NCBI GenBank assembly: GCA_943704425.1
Contig: CALSCP010002736.1
Span: forward strand, 1 to 64,000
Length of the DNA stretch: 64,000 bases
Reading direction: 5' to 3'
Origin: Ministeria vibrans ATCC 50519
Taxonomy: Eukaryota; Protista; Filasterea
The stretch's first letter is position 1, and each line of letters begins with the position of its first letter. The position numbers were made by a program, and so were the translations under genes. The notes beneath the pieces are model-generated. The model saw only the letters and a list, made by a program, of their open reading frames with translations, searched no databases and was not told the origin of the DNA. This document shows, piece after piece, positions 30,418 through 42,572 of the stretch.

Positions 30418-31706
30418 GCCCTTGACTGTTATGTGTGTGGCTTTTGACTGTTATGTGTGTGGCCCTTGACTGTTATGTGTGTGGCTCTTGACTGTTATGT
30501 GTGTGGCTCTTGACTGTTATGTGTGTGGCTCTTGACTGCTATGTGTGTGGCTCTTGACTGATATGTGTGTGGCTCCTGACTACTTTGTGTGTGGCTCTTG
30601 ACTGCTATGTGTGTGGCTTTTAACTGCTGTGTGTGTGGCTCTTAACTGCTGTGTGTAGAGTTCATTGACGGCCGAACGCTTTGCACCAATGACCTTTGCC
30701 AGCCCGCCATAAGCACAGCCATTGCGCAAATGGCTGCTCGAATCCACGCACTGGTCGTGCCGCTTGACAAACGACCCAATGTCGAGCGTGACATTCTCCG
30801 GTGGATGCAACTCGCAAAGGAAACGGTAAGACTTGCGAAAGCCAGCACAAGTGCACCATTGTGTAACGTTTCATTAGGGTTCTTCCCTTGCGAGTGAATT
30901 TCTGAGTGATTCTGACGATATTATGCGATTTGTGCGGGAAATTGTCTCTTTGGCACACACTAAAACGGTCTTTTCTCACAATGATCTTCAAGAGGGTAAA
31001 ACAATCACAAAGTGTTTGCACATGAGAGTCACGCTTCTTTTGGTTTGTTTTGTTGTTAGGAAATATTATATTGACGTCGGATGAAACGTCAGAAGAAGTT
31101 CAATTGACAGTCATTGACTATGAATACGGGTAAAAAGAAACGCACGATCAAACAATACTCTAAACTACTTAATGTCGGTCTATTATCGTTTGTTTTATTC
31201 AGCCGGTACAACTTTGCGGGTTTTGACATTGCAAATCACTTTTGCGAATGGACTTATGACTATTCCCACTCTGAATATCCCTTTTTCACATTCTCTCCCG
31301 ATCAATATCCCACTTTGGAACAGGTAACGTCGAAAACCAAGGTTCAAATTGAAACGCATTGTCAAACAGCAAAAGCGGTTCATTGAAACGTACCTGAACG
31401 AGAGCCAAGAGTTAAGGGGAGAGGAGGAGAGGGAGCAAGTGAGCACCGATGAGATTGCCTTGACTGTGAGTGATGTGATGCGCTTTCGCATTCTCTTGGA
31501 ACTCTTTTGGGGCATATGGGGCATTTTACAGGTATTCAAGCTGATTGATAATCACGCTTACTTGTCCAAACTCCACTCCATTGTTCTTCTCTTGTTGTTG
31601 TTTAGGCCCAGAGTTCAGTGATTGTGTTTGGGTATAAGAGTATGCTCAGACGCGATTGAGCAACTATGTCCGATTGAGAAGAGAGTTCGAAGAGAGTGAC
31701 AAATAA
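29798..31706 (+). CDS. Choline/ethanolamine kinase; multi-exon, apparent 1-nt frameshift in last exon
   Basis: GGLTN, [30 protein letters not shown], Brenner motif FSHNDLQEGNII, IDYEY, FDIANHFCEW, YPTLEQQ, LFWGIWGILQ. Confidence 0.9.
30410..30656 (+). repeat. 22-bp tandem minisatellite (TTGACTGTTATGTGTGTGGCTC) x ~11 filling a choline kinase intron
   Basis: Directly visible head-to-tail copies with point variants and no spacers. Confidence 0.92.
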
Positions 31707-32000
31707 TGAATGAAAAATTGTGCAATTTTATTTCTTTTTCTGAAAAATAGACACAAAACTCAGAAATTCCAATGAGAGAGCAAACGTGTTATAATGTAAT
31801 AATCATAATAATCATAATAATTATTAATAATAATTATTGTTATTCTTATTATTATTATTATTATTATTAATAATTATTGTTATTATTGCTATTATTGTTA
31901 TTATTAGTATTATTATTATTATTATTATTACTATTATTATTATTATTATTATTATTATCATTATGTTAATGTGTGTGAAAAAAAAACACAATGTATTGTT

Positions 32001-34037
32001 CTACTTGAGCTCAAAGAGCCCCCAAGTAAGAGGACCATCGGGAGAGCGCAGGAGCTTCAGGGCCTCCTCAAAGGAGTATTCCTTCTGCTCGGACTGGTCT
32101 TGCTTCTTGACCGTCTTCTTGGCATAGCGGAAGAACTTGGCGTTGGCCTTGGTGTCCTCGTCAAGCGCCGCCAGAAAGGCCTCCACCGAGAAGGGGTCGT
32201 CGAACTCGCCGCCGTCGTCATTGCCGTCGATCACGGCGCACTTGCGTACCTCCTTGACAATAACGTCGAGCGTGATTTCGTCGAGTTCGTGCGCGAAGAT
32301 GGTGCATGAGAACGGCTCAACCTTCTTAATCGACTCGCCCTATACACCCACAAGTGTCACTCACTCCCTCTCAAAACCCCAACCCCAAACTCAAACTCAA
32401 CCCAAATCGACTTACCTGCAGCGACACCAGCTTACTGCGCTTCATTGGGTTGACGTTGTCGCCACGCCACCACGTCGCAATGTACTTTGTGCGGCGGAAC
32501 TGCCCAGTCCCAAAGCCCATGCGCACAATCCCGTACAAAATCTCATCGTCTTTGAGCCATTCGCGCATCTCCTCCACCGACAGTGTTCCACCATTAAAGA
32601 AGTCCATTTTGTTGTCGGGCGTCGGCTTGAACAACGCCCAGTTAAACGGCCCCCGTGGCTTGCGGATCTGCTCCATACACTGGTCCGCCGTAATGTCGCC
32701 CATCTCAATCGCGGTCAGTCGGTGTCCATCGCCCGCCTCAATCGACGCGCCCGCTGCCGCCGAAGATGATTGCACCATCTGTACGCATAAAATAGATGAG
32801 TAAAAATAAGCAGAGTGAGGCAAAGTAATGCATACTAATACAATGATAGAGAAAGTGAAACAAAGTGATACATACAGAGAGAAGCAAAGTGATACATAGA
32901 GCGAGTGAAGCAAAGTAATACATACAGAGAGAAGCAAAGTGATACATAGAGAGAGTGAATCAAAGTAATACATAGAGAGAAGCAAAGTGATACATAGAGC
33001 GAGTGAAGCAAAGTATTACATACAGAGAGAAGCAAAGTGATACATAGAGAGAGAAGCAAAGTGATACATAGAGAGAGTGAAGCAAAGTAATACATAGAGA
33101 GAGAAGCAAAGTGATACATAGAGAGAGTGAAGCAAAGTAATACATAGAGAGAGAAGCAAAGTGATACATGGAGCGAGTGAAGCAAAGTAATACATAGAGA
33201 GAGAAGCAAAGTGATACATGGAGCGAGTGAAACAAAGTGATACAGTGAGAGAGAAGCAAAGTAATAAATCAAAAATACATATAGAGAGAGTGAAGTAAAG
33301 TGATACATAGAGAGAGTGAAACCAAAGTGATAGAGAGCATATGTGTGTATATATGTGTATGAGTGCACATAAGACGTGCGCCATCGCATCCGCCCACCCC
33401 CCACGCCATCTGACCTTCTGATAGTCTCTCTTGAGGCTCTCAATGGAGAACTCTCCGTTGTCCGACACAAACACTGTCTTGAGCTCCGTCAGAACATGCT
33501 CGATTGAGCAGTCCTCGCGGTCGTCAATGGTCACCTGGCCGTTCACGTCGCCCACAGCACTCTTGACAGCACCTGTGGACGTCCGTGTCAGTGTGTGCGG
33601 TTTCAATCACAAAATCAAACCAGAAAAACCAAAAACACAAAAGAAAAAAGAGCCAAATGGGACAATAAGAGACGGACATACGGCAGAAGAGGCGCTTACC
33701 CAGGTTTGTGTTGACACGGGCCTTCTTGATGCCCGACACATTGGCCCCTTTGAAGACAACCTAACAACAACACATCCAATCAATTATTATTATGGTTATT
33801 GTTATCACATTCCATAATTATTGTGTGATTCGGACCATCAGGAGCTTTGTGCGCTGAAACGTGCCGGAGCCAAGAGTAAACCGCAACAGTCCAAACTGAA
33901 CGGCGTCGTCGCTGAGACGGAGCAGTTGACGTGCACAACATGAGATCACAAATCAGATCTTTTTTTGGTTCTTACTTGAGGTGTCCGCGCATCTCATCGA
34001 TGCCGCCCGAGCCCGTTCCAATAACTTTCATAGCCAT
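32001..34037 (-). CDS. Tandem ADF-H (coactosin/drebrin-like) actin-binding protein, circularly permuted; 6 exons
   Basis: Unit 1 starts mid-domain: MKVIGTGSGGIDEMRGHLNDDAVQFGLLRF..G....RTKLLMVVFKGANVSGIKKARV. Unit 2 is complete: QIRKPRGPFNWALF...EEMREWLKDDEILYGIVRM..G....RTKYIATWWRGDNVNPMKRSK. The C-terminus EEALKLLRSPDGPLTWGLFELK* corresponds to the domain start. Confidence 0.85.
32805..33340 (+). repeat. Intronic minisatellite GAAGCAAAGT(G/A)ATACATAGAGAG with alternating subunits
   Basis: About 20 copies; variant of the CAAAGTGATA family. Confidence 0.9.
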
Positions 34038-34444
34038 AGTAGAATAAGTCGTGAGAGTGGGAATGCGCTAGTTGAAATGGGAATATCAAAATTTTATTGT
34101 TTGGAATAATTTGATTTTGCCATTTTGGAAGATATGAATAAATAAGCCAAAACAATTACAGCTCTTGATCCTCTATTTATTTTTTCTTAATACAAATTTT
34201 ACAACAATACAACATCACACTGCTTCCGCGGACTGCCATTAACTTGAAAACTCGCTCAAACTCGTATTACGGGAATGATTGGAAAATAATGCCCAAGAAA
34301 AAAATACTTCGAATGATTGTCTTACTCGTTCATACAACAACGGAAACACATTGAATACAAGTACAACAATACGTTGGTTTTGATCGCTGTACAACAACAA
34401 ACAACTCTCTTCTAGACATTCCACTCGGCAAACTCGACATGGCT

Positions 34445-35353
34445 TCACTCGGCGTGCGGGACTCTGCGCCTCAGCACAAACCCGTGTGCGGTCCGCCGCA
34501 CATCAGGATCACCCGGATCCCGCGGAAACACCGGTGGTCGGTTCATATCCGTAAACAGTCGCTCAGCAAAGAAATAGTGTGGAGCTAACTCGGCCAACGG
34601 AAAAAACGCCTATAGAGGGAAGACAAAACCCAATTCTTCAGTCCATATTTCACGCACATTCTATAGCATTACCAAATCTCGATCAATATGCTTCACTGTG
34701 TGATGACAATACCCAAACAGAATGATTCCTCCCTCTGCCAAGAGCCCACTCATCGACTCCAGAAAGTACTCTACAACACGAATACAATACAATGAGTGCG
34801 CACTTTCTCCATTCATCCTCTCTCCTCTTATTCCTACTGTGCTGATTGTGGTTGAAAACCAAATCACTCATAATAATCACATCAAACCGACCGTGCTTGC
34901 TGCGAAGCTCTTCAATATCGCGACCACATCGATGCGCCTAAGTCGATTAAGGGTTGTATTAATAATAATAATAACATTATTATTATTAACTGATAGTGCA
35001 CTATGACTGCTGTGTATACCTCAACAAAAATGCGCGACTTGTAAGGCTCCTCTGTCACAACCTGTGCCATGTTTTCTTTCACGGCATTTACCAGTAACTC
35101 CTCGGGATATTCTGCTGCCACCACCTTTTGCGCTGCAACGAGAGTGATCGGTAGTTAGTGCATCTGACTCATATCCGACTCGCGTTCGACTCTCTCCTCT
35201 TACCACCGGAAAAGAGCGCCACCAAGCTTGGAAGAGCTGCCCCAGCTCCAATTTCAATCACACTCTTGCCCAATACCAACTCTTTGTGGGCATCAATCCA
35301 TTCGGCGAGTGAGTAGGATGAGTTTGAGATGGTGCTAAAATGATCAATGTCAT

Positions 35354-35389
<36 letters not shown>

Positions 35390-35606
35390 ACACCGCATTG
35401 CTCACGCTGCCCTCTTACTGTGCATAAAGAGGATGCCACTGTGCCAGGGTGAAGGTGAAGCTAGCGGGCGTGCCCTCGCTCACGTCGCGCGTCTGTCGTG
35501 TGAACACGCGTGTGATCGCCGGCGCCCACGGCACCTCCACCTCTCCGGCAAACAGCCCGGCAATGCCGTCCTCTGCACCCTCCTCCCCGCCAGTCTCGTC
35601 AGCCAT
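34445..35606 (-). CDS. EFM7/NNT1-like protein methyltransferase (methyltransferase family 16); multi-exon
   Basis: HPLYAQ, LVLGKSVIEIGAGAALPSLVA (SAM motif I), VVAAEYPEELL, DLVFNH, and C-terminal FPRDPGDPDVRRTAHGFVL resembling Nnt1/Efm7. Confidence 0.75.
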
Positions 35607-36001
35607 GGTCCGCCCAATTCACAGAATACCAACAATGAACAAATATCTAATGACTAATTATAAGTAATTGTGAGATGTGAGTTCGGAAGTGATCAAAATA
35701 CATCGGTTTAATTCATTAATGAATTATACATTCTTCTTCTTTTTCTTCTTCAATACAAACGTATACAATCATTATCTCTATCTATTCAACTTGCCACCAC
35801 TAAAATATTAAAATAATAATAATTATTATCGAAATCAGTCAATCACCAAATTCAAACTCTATCACGTCACGAGTCACTTTATCACAGTCTTGACAATTGG
35901 CACGAAAAGAAGAAACGAAGGTGACACATTGAAAATACTATTATTCAACGTCATGATAAAAAAAATTACTATTACGATTATACAATAACGCGCTGTTTTC
36001 T

Positions 36002-36451
36002 TTAGTGGTCTGCTTTGGAATCGTAGAACGAACGCGCATTTCGCTTCCGTGCGTTGAAGCGTTCACGGTCCGTCTTGAATGAGAGGGACGCTGTAAATGG
36101 TTGGTTGTGGGAGTCGGGTGAGAGCGGAGCAAGGACAGCGACGGCTGGAAGAGAGAAACGCAACTGACGATCGGGTGGCTGAACAGAGTCTGGAAGAGAA
36201 TTGGTTTGGGATGGCGGGAGGGCACTACGTGGTGCGGTGGGGTGGTGGGGTGGCGGTGCAGTGGGTTGGATCGTGACGGGTGCATTTGCTTGGTTGATTG
36301 CGTTGACTAGTCGTCGCGTGAGTTTCTTGTGGAGAATTACCTATACATACATTTCAAGACCAGAACAATTTAGTACTCTCTATCACTTTGATTCTCCTCT
36401 CTATCACTTTGTTTGTTCTCTCTATCACTATTTTTCTTCTCTCTTTACTCC

Positions 36452-36496
<45 letters not shown>

Positions 36497-37293
36497 CTTG
36501 TTCGATCTCTCTCTTTTCTCCCTCCTCTCTCTCTGAATAATTTGCTTCTTCCCCCCCTCTCTGCTCTCATTGTGTTTACTTCGTCTTCCGTCCAAGGTGT
36601 AGACCCAAAGCGAGCACGCTCATAGTTACTGATGAATGTGTCTGCGTCGTACCGGAGGGCCTTGAACCCCGCTCCCGAGTTGAACACAGACAGCCTACAC
36701 CTCATTCAGCAAACGTCCCTTTTGTCTCGATGACCACCACCCACGACCCCCCACCACTCAGACAACACATACCTTGAGACAAGGGCAAGCATGTAGCCGC
36801 GCAGTGACTGCGTGCGGGGCAGCGACGCCGCAAAGTGCCGGTCGTAGTCGTAGACGGTCGACAGAAGCAGATCCGCCGTGTCCAGCACCTCGTCGACAAA
36901 CGACCGCTCCGTGCCGCGACTCGTCATCTTCCAATTGCGTATCCGCTCGACCGTCTGCGGCGCCGGCTGCAGCCGTAACCGAGCATTGCTGGCAAGCTGT
37001 TCGCGGATGGGCACACACTTCTGCCCTAACGCCCCCATGTCGCCCCATGCCAGCGGCATACACTCCGTCGTCTTGCGCCGAAACATCTTGAACATGCGAC
37101 GCTCCCGTGCACCAAAAATGAGAAACAGAATCCCCCCCTGGACGAGCGTAGACGCGAGACAAGAGGGAGAAGCGTCGCTCGTTGAGTTTTCACAAATATA
37201 AAACAAAGTATTATTATTATTGTCGTGTAGCAATACCGTCACGCCGTAGACGATGACAACCAAAAGGATCTCAGCGGTCTCAAAGCTAGCCAT
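36002..37293 (-). CDS. NICE-3 / C1orf43-like protein; multi-exon
   Basis: N-terminal TM ILLVVIVYGVT|GGILFLIFGARE, followed by a basic stretch, SLRGYMLAL and FISNYERARFGSTPWTEDE; parallels human C1orf43 (VLVMAYGSLVFVLLFIF..., FRSYLLDL, YETARYG) as recalled. Confidence 0.65.
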
Positions 37294-38365
37294 AGCCAAG
37301 AAAACAAAAAAAAAATTGAAATGACTAATTTCGGATCTAATGTAAATGAACAAGCAAACCTTCGAAGTTTGAAAAGTAGTCAGTGGTCACTGGTCAATTC
37401 TCAAAACTACTTAAATAGTTGATAGTGCGACTCCACCCATCCATTCGCCATGTCGGACCATAGAGCATCGCAGAAGACCGTCGTCGTCGTGCAGGAGCAC
37501 AGAGGGTTCTGCCAGCGCCACCATCTGTGCATGCTCTCGCGTGGCGCCAAGCGGGTATGTAGCGCGCCCTCGCCCACCGCCCCTCCTTGTGCCCCACCCC
37601 CAGCGCGCCACCCGCCGTCCACTCACTCACCAGAATTCTTTTTGTCACTCACAAACTTATTTTTCGAACAAAAGTCGCAAGAAAAATAGCTTTAACTCCT
37701 TCTTTCTCGCTTCGCCGTTCCCTACACACGTGCAGTTCAACGTCGCCCTCCCCACCTCCTCCCTGTCGCGTTCCGCAACAGTGTCCGTTGGACTTTTGCG
37801 CTTTCATCTATTTCAAGAAAAACACTCCCCGTTCCCCTCCTCACCGCCTGCGCCGCCCCCCGGCCTGCCTTGTCTTGTCTAGTGTGCTGGAGGCGATGTT
37901 GGTGGCAACAACTGGTACTTCTTTGCCTGGATTCTCACGGTATGGCCAAATGGAGAGAGAGAGAGAGTGAGAGTGAGAGTGAGAGTGTGAGAGTGTGAGA
38001 GTGTCGCGATTGCCCATCTAAGCGGATTTGTGCTCTCATTTAGGTGCCGCTTGATCTCGTTCTCTTCCTCCTCATGATGCTTTTCTGGATGTTCTACTAC
38101 CTGTTTAAGGGCATCCACAACTGCTGCGTAAGACCATGCTCGCTCCCACTCCCAGTCCTAACCTCACACACTACACACACTCTATGCTTATAGTCAAACA
38201 AGGAAGTTGCGCGTGCGTCCGGTCCCGGTCCCTAGGCAACCACCTTTCTCTCATCCGAACCTGTATCCACCCCGCCACCCAAAACTCCCTCTCCTTTTAG
38301 TACAACAAGCTCGTTACAATAATAATTATTATTATATCCTCCTGTCAAAGCCCCTGTTCTGTCTG

Positions 38366-38659
38366 TTACCGTTGCATCTTGCGTCCCATAAACTCGCCCG
38401 TTCCCCCCACATCCACAGTGCTCACCTGCACTTGCATCTTCCTCTCCAGCTTGGAAAACAGCTGTTGCTCAAACGGGTGTGATGTGACGACATAGCGGAT
38501 CGTCACATCGTTCGTCTGGCCAATGCGGTGCGCCCGATCTTCAGCTTGAATCAACTAACAAAGAGAGACAAATTGCTGTTCAGCGACTCTCACAGTCACG
38601 AAATCCGCACTCAATCACACTAAAAACACACTGAACCCCATTCAATCACACTCAATATC

Positions 38660-38702
<43 letters not shown>

Positions 38703-40812
38703 CCTCTCAATCATTTTGTTCCTTTCTCCCCCCGCTCTCCCTCTCTCTCTTTGTTTCTTTCTCCTCTCTCTCAGACCTGTCCAACGTTCCAATAGGCCTC
38801 AGCAAAGAACACACTGGCAGCCGCATGCAAAGTCAGTCCCACACCGGCCGCAGTCAATCCCAACAGCCCCACTCGAACCCCACTCACACTACTCACACTC
38901 CCCTCCGTCTTCTCCTTCTTCTTCTTCTCCTTCTTCTTCTTATTCTTCTTCTGAGACGTGTCCTCCGAGCTTTCTTGTAGTGGCGTTTGAAACTCATCAC
39001 AGAGCGCCTGTCGTTCCTGTGCGGGTGTTGAGCCGTCAATCCGAATGTACCCAATCTTTTTTTTTTCTAAATGTGCTCCAATCGCATCCAAAACCTTACA
39101 ACAAAACAGCAACGACAACAATACAAAACTCAATACAATAGCATCTTCTTCTTGTTCTCATCTTTTTGATTCTTACAGACTTGTGGTGGGCAAAAATCAA
39201 ATGCTTTCGGGTATCGTCCGGATCAACAAAAACAACTTCATCGAGATAGCGGGTAAACGCAGGTAGCTTGACCTTCCCCAGCGTAGCATAAAGATGTGTT
39301 AGGGCGGTGTAGAGGGTCTGCTGGGCGGGTGAGAGAGACGCTTTGGCGGACGAGAGCAGAGAAAAGTCGGAGTCGGAGAAGAAGAGTTCGCCCACAGCGG
39401 AAGCGGGAGGGGACGTAGACGAGCGACCCGATTCGATTGTGAGCTGTTTGCGCGCCTTGTCGATGGCTTCGGAGCATTTCTCAAGAACCTTCTTGTCCGA
39501 TTTGCGCTCGACGTCCACAAACAGGGGCACGCGGGTCTTTGCGGGGAGTTGAGATAGCACCCGGGACTTTTGGCGGCGGATCATGACAGCGCTACGGAGA
39601 ATCCACTGGAGTTCGTGGAGGTGAGAGGCACCAGCGAAGGACCAGGGCCCCTGGTAGAAGTGTTTGGTGTAGTGAAAGGCAGGAAGACGGGTGCCGGCGC
39701 AGTAGTGAACGCCAAAAGCAATGCGGTCGGAAAACAGCTGTGGCTGGACGGCATGCACGAGGTTAAAGAGTTCAATGGGGCGCGAGAGGACGGGAGTCCC
39801 CGTAAGGAGGATGCGATGGAGGGCGTGCTCGGTGAGACGCAGGATGGCACGGGTGCGCTGCGCCGTCGCCGACTTAATATAATGTGCTTCGTCGATGATG
39901 AGCGTGCGTCGTTGGGCCTCGCACAGTGCTTCAATGTTGTTCACTGCCAGGCCGTACGTGATGATGCAGACGGGCCGTGTCAGGTCCAGCTTTGACGATG
40001 AGCTCACCACTGCAATGTCACTCTCAGGAATGCCCAGAACCGCCATGAGCTCGTGCTTCCACGTCGCCGACAGCGACATGGGCGTCACAATCAGCAGCGG
40101 CCAGTCCGAGTGAAAATGCTGCGCAATCATGGCCGCCTGGCGCGTCTTGCCCAGTCCCATCTCGTCGCCCAGCAACACACAGCCGTTGGCACGGATGCCC
40201 CGAAGCACGCCCACTCGCTGAAAGGGCATCAACGAGCTTAAGAGTGTCTCATCCATGCCCAGCGCTCTCAGACCGGCCGTTGCCGCCCCGCCGTCCTCGT
40301 CGTCACTGCCGTCCAGCAACGGCACCGACAGACCCGTCAGCACTTCCAGTGGCGTCGCTGCCGGCCCCACCTCGGAGACAGGGCGAAACGCCGAGGCGAC
40401 AAGGTCGCTGTGGCCAAGTCTCATGAGCTCCTGCGACGCCATGACGCGCAGCGACGTCGGATGCGGCAGGATGAAGTCAGCGTAGTGATCGGCAAGCATT
40501 GCCATCGCGGGCACTACCGACTGGGCCGTCAGCGTCGACCCTGCCGCCACGCTGCTGTGCTGCGCAAACAGCCGGTGCACCGTGGCTGCTGCTGCCCCTC
40601 GGCCCACGTTGGACAGCCGCCATCCGCTCGAGTCCTTCAGCAGACCAAAGCGTATTCGACCTCGTCTGTCGATTGCAATGACTGTTATGATATATTTACC
40701 GCTCAACAACAGTGTCGTACTTTTGGCCCGTGTGCACAACGGCTATCGAACGAGAGTACAAACTTCGAGCGGCACGCGCCCACTCGAACAGTTTGGCGTT
40801 GTGCTGAGCCAT
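38366..40812 (-). CDS. SMARCAL1/ZRANB3-family SNF2 annealing helicase; multi-exon
   Basis: LMPFQRVGV, LLGDEMGLGKT, WPLLIVTP, IIDEAHYIKS, LLTGTPVLSRPIELF, MIRRQKSRVLSQLP, LIFAHH, IRIDGST, GVGLTL, QAEDRAHRIGQ. First exon joined by a 34-nt GT-AG intron; the 3' end could extend further. Confidence 0.88.
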
Positions 40813-40933
40813 AAACACAGAAAATATTTACTTTTGAGTTTTGGGATTGGGTTTGGATCAAAAATATAAACTATTTGTTTTCATGGTGGTGTACTGTCAC
40901 ATATGAATTTATCACTCTATCGTCACCATACAA

Positions 40934-42462
40934 TCAGACTCCCGTAACGCGCGAAATCATCTTGGTCAGCGCGGCCATTTGAAAACCAATCTTGGACGCA
41001 TAGTCTACGCCAGTGTAGCCCCACCAGTCAAAACACGCTAAATGAGAGAGGGGGAGGGAGAGGGAGGGAGAGAGAAAGAGACGGTTAGGCATTATGTACG
41101 ATTCTTGATTGGGTTCACTGCATAAGTGAGTGTACCTTTTGGATTGAGGGTGGTTGAGTGTGCCTACAAAGCGATAAAGTGTGAGTGCAACCGTATTCGT
41201 TTTTGTTGTTTAGCTGACCTGCGGGTAAAGGATAATGAGATGGTTTGCCTCTGCAATTTCATTGTAACCGGCATGAGCAGTGAAAGAGTCGTTGATAAGC
41301 GAATAGGTCATAAGACAACCGTGAAAGGCAAGGTGGAGACGACACTCAACTAAGAGAAGAGAGAGGAGAAAGAGAATAAGAGGAGAGAATTTCTTTATTC
41401 TTCTTAATTTAACTCTTTGGTTACCTTGCCCGGACTTGCAATCGGTTGGAACGTAGATTGAACCGGTAAAGTCAAACCCATATTCCGTTGGTTCCTAAAA
41501 CGAACAATATAATAATAATAATAACTTTTTACTATTTTTCTGTTGTTATTATTATTATTCTTACGCTCAATGCAAAAAACTCCGACTGATCAAAGTACAT
41601 CAACTACAAAAGACGCCATGAACGCAACATACAAGTGATACAGCCCGCAACTGGCAATGAGTCCATTTACACACACACACACAGGCACAAACACACATGC
41701 ACCACACACACACACACACACACTCAGTCATGTTTACGTTTTCGGGCTTGGACGGAACGGACGGATCCATCTGACCGTAAATCGTCGTTAAAAGCGCATA
41801 CGCTGCGTCGTAATCGCAGTTGTTGATATAAGGAGAGCCCAGATAGTTGCAGGGATTGCCAAAAGACGCAGTGATGAAGGCGTGCTCGGATGCGATGGAG
41901 AATTCACTCGTGACATTGGCCGAGAAGGCTTCGTAGTACTTGACGAGCTTCTTACCGACTCCCTGGTGGACAACCGAGTCCTGCGTGCCCGAGAAGACAT
42001 ACACCGGGGCGTTCTTGAGATGCTCGACGGGGTCAATGGTGCGTGTGGTCGATGCGGTTGTGCGTGTGACGCTCGCAAGATAATCAACATCAATTTGCGC
42101 CGGCTTGCTCATGCACGCGCCCAGGGCGATCTCCACGTTCGCCTGCGCACAGTAGTAGGGGCCCCCTGCACACGTCGACAAGGTGCGCAGCAAACAAGGC
42201 CGTTAGAATTGCGTTGTGGAAACCCATTCAAAGAAAGAGACGATCACAAAAACTTTTTCGCACCTGCAATAACTCCTGCACCATAAACAGACGCCGAATT
42301 CGCCACATGGTACTGCACAGCCATGTACGCACCCGCTGAGATCCCAGACACGCTTGTTTTCGCAGCATCAACAAAATATTTTTCCAGCGGCGGCGCAGTT
42401 GCGTCCACTACCGCTCCAAGCACAGCGCATAGTAACAACAAACGACTGAGACGAGCGACCAT
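40934..42462 (-). CDS. Secreted poly(3-hydroxybutyrate) depolymerase-like esterase (type II catalytic domain); multi-exon
   Basis: Signal peptide; early lipase box VSGISAGAYMA, GVIAGGPYYCA, Asp in GTQDSVV, His in SEHAF, PYINNCDYD, IYVPTDC, LHLAFHGC, AGYNEIAEANHLIILYPQ, CFDWWGY. Confidence 0.88.
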
Positions 42463-42572
42463 GCGACAACCAAAGCTTGAAACAATATAATTTATTTTTT
42501 AATTTTTTTATCGCTGATTTTCCTTTTGATCTCAAGCAACAACAATTTCACTTCACTTTTTTCACGATTAAT

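Noticed and set aside
30410-30656. Regular 22-bp repeats as a CRISPR array
   Set aside because: Head-to-tail with no unique spacers, inside a spliceosomal intron, and no cas genes nearby.
37394-38365. Short ORFs downstream of the SNF2 helicase as a ZRANB3-type zinc finger/HNH extension
   Set aside because: No HNH or NZF motif could be assembled in frame; the helicase can end normally at 38366.
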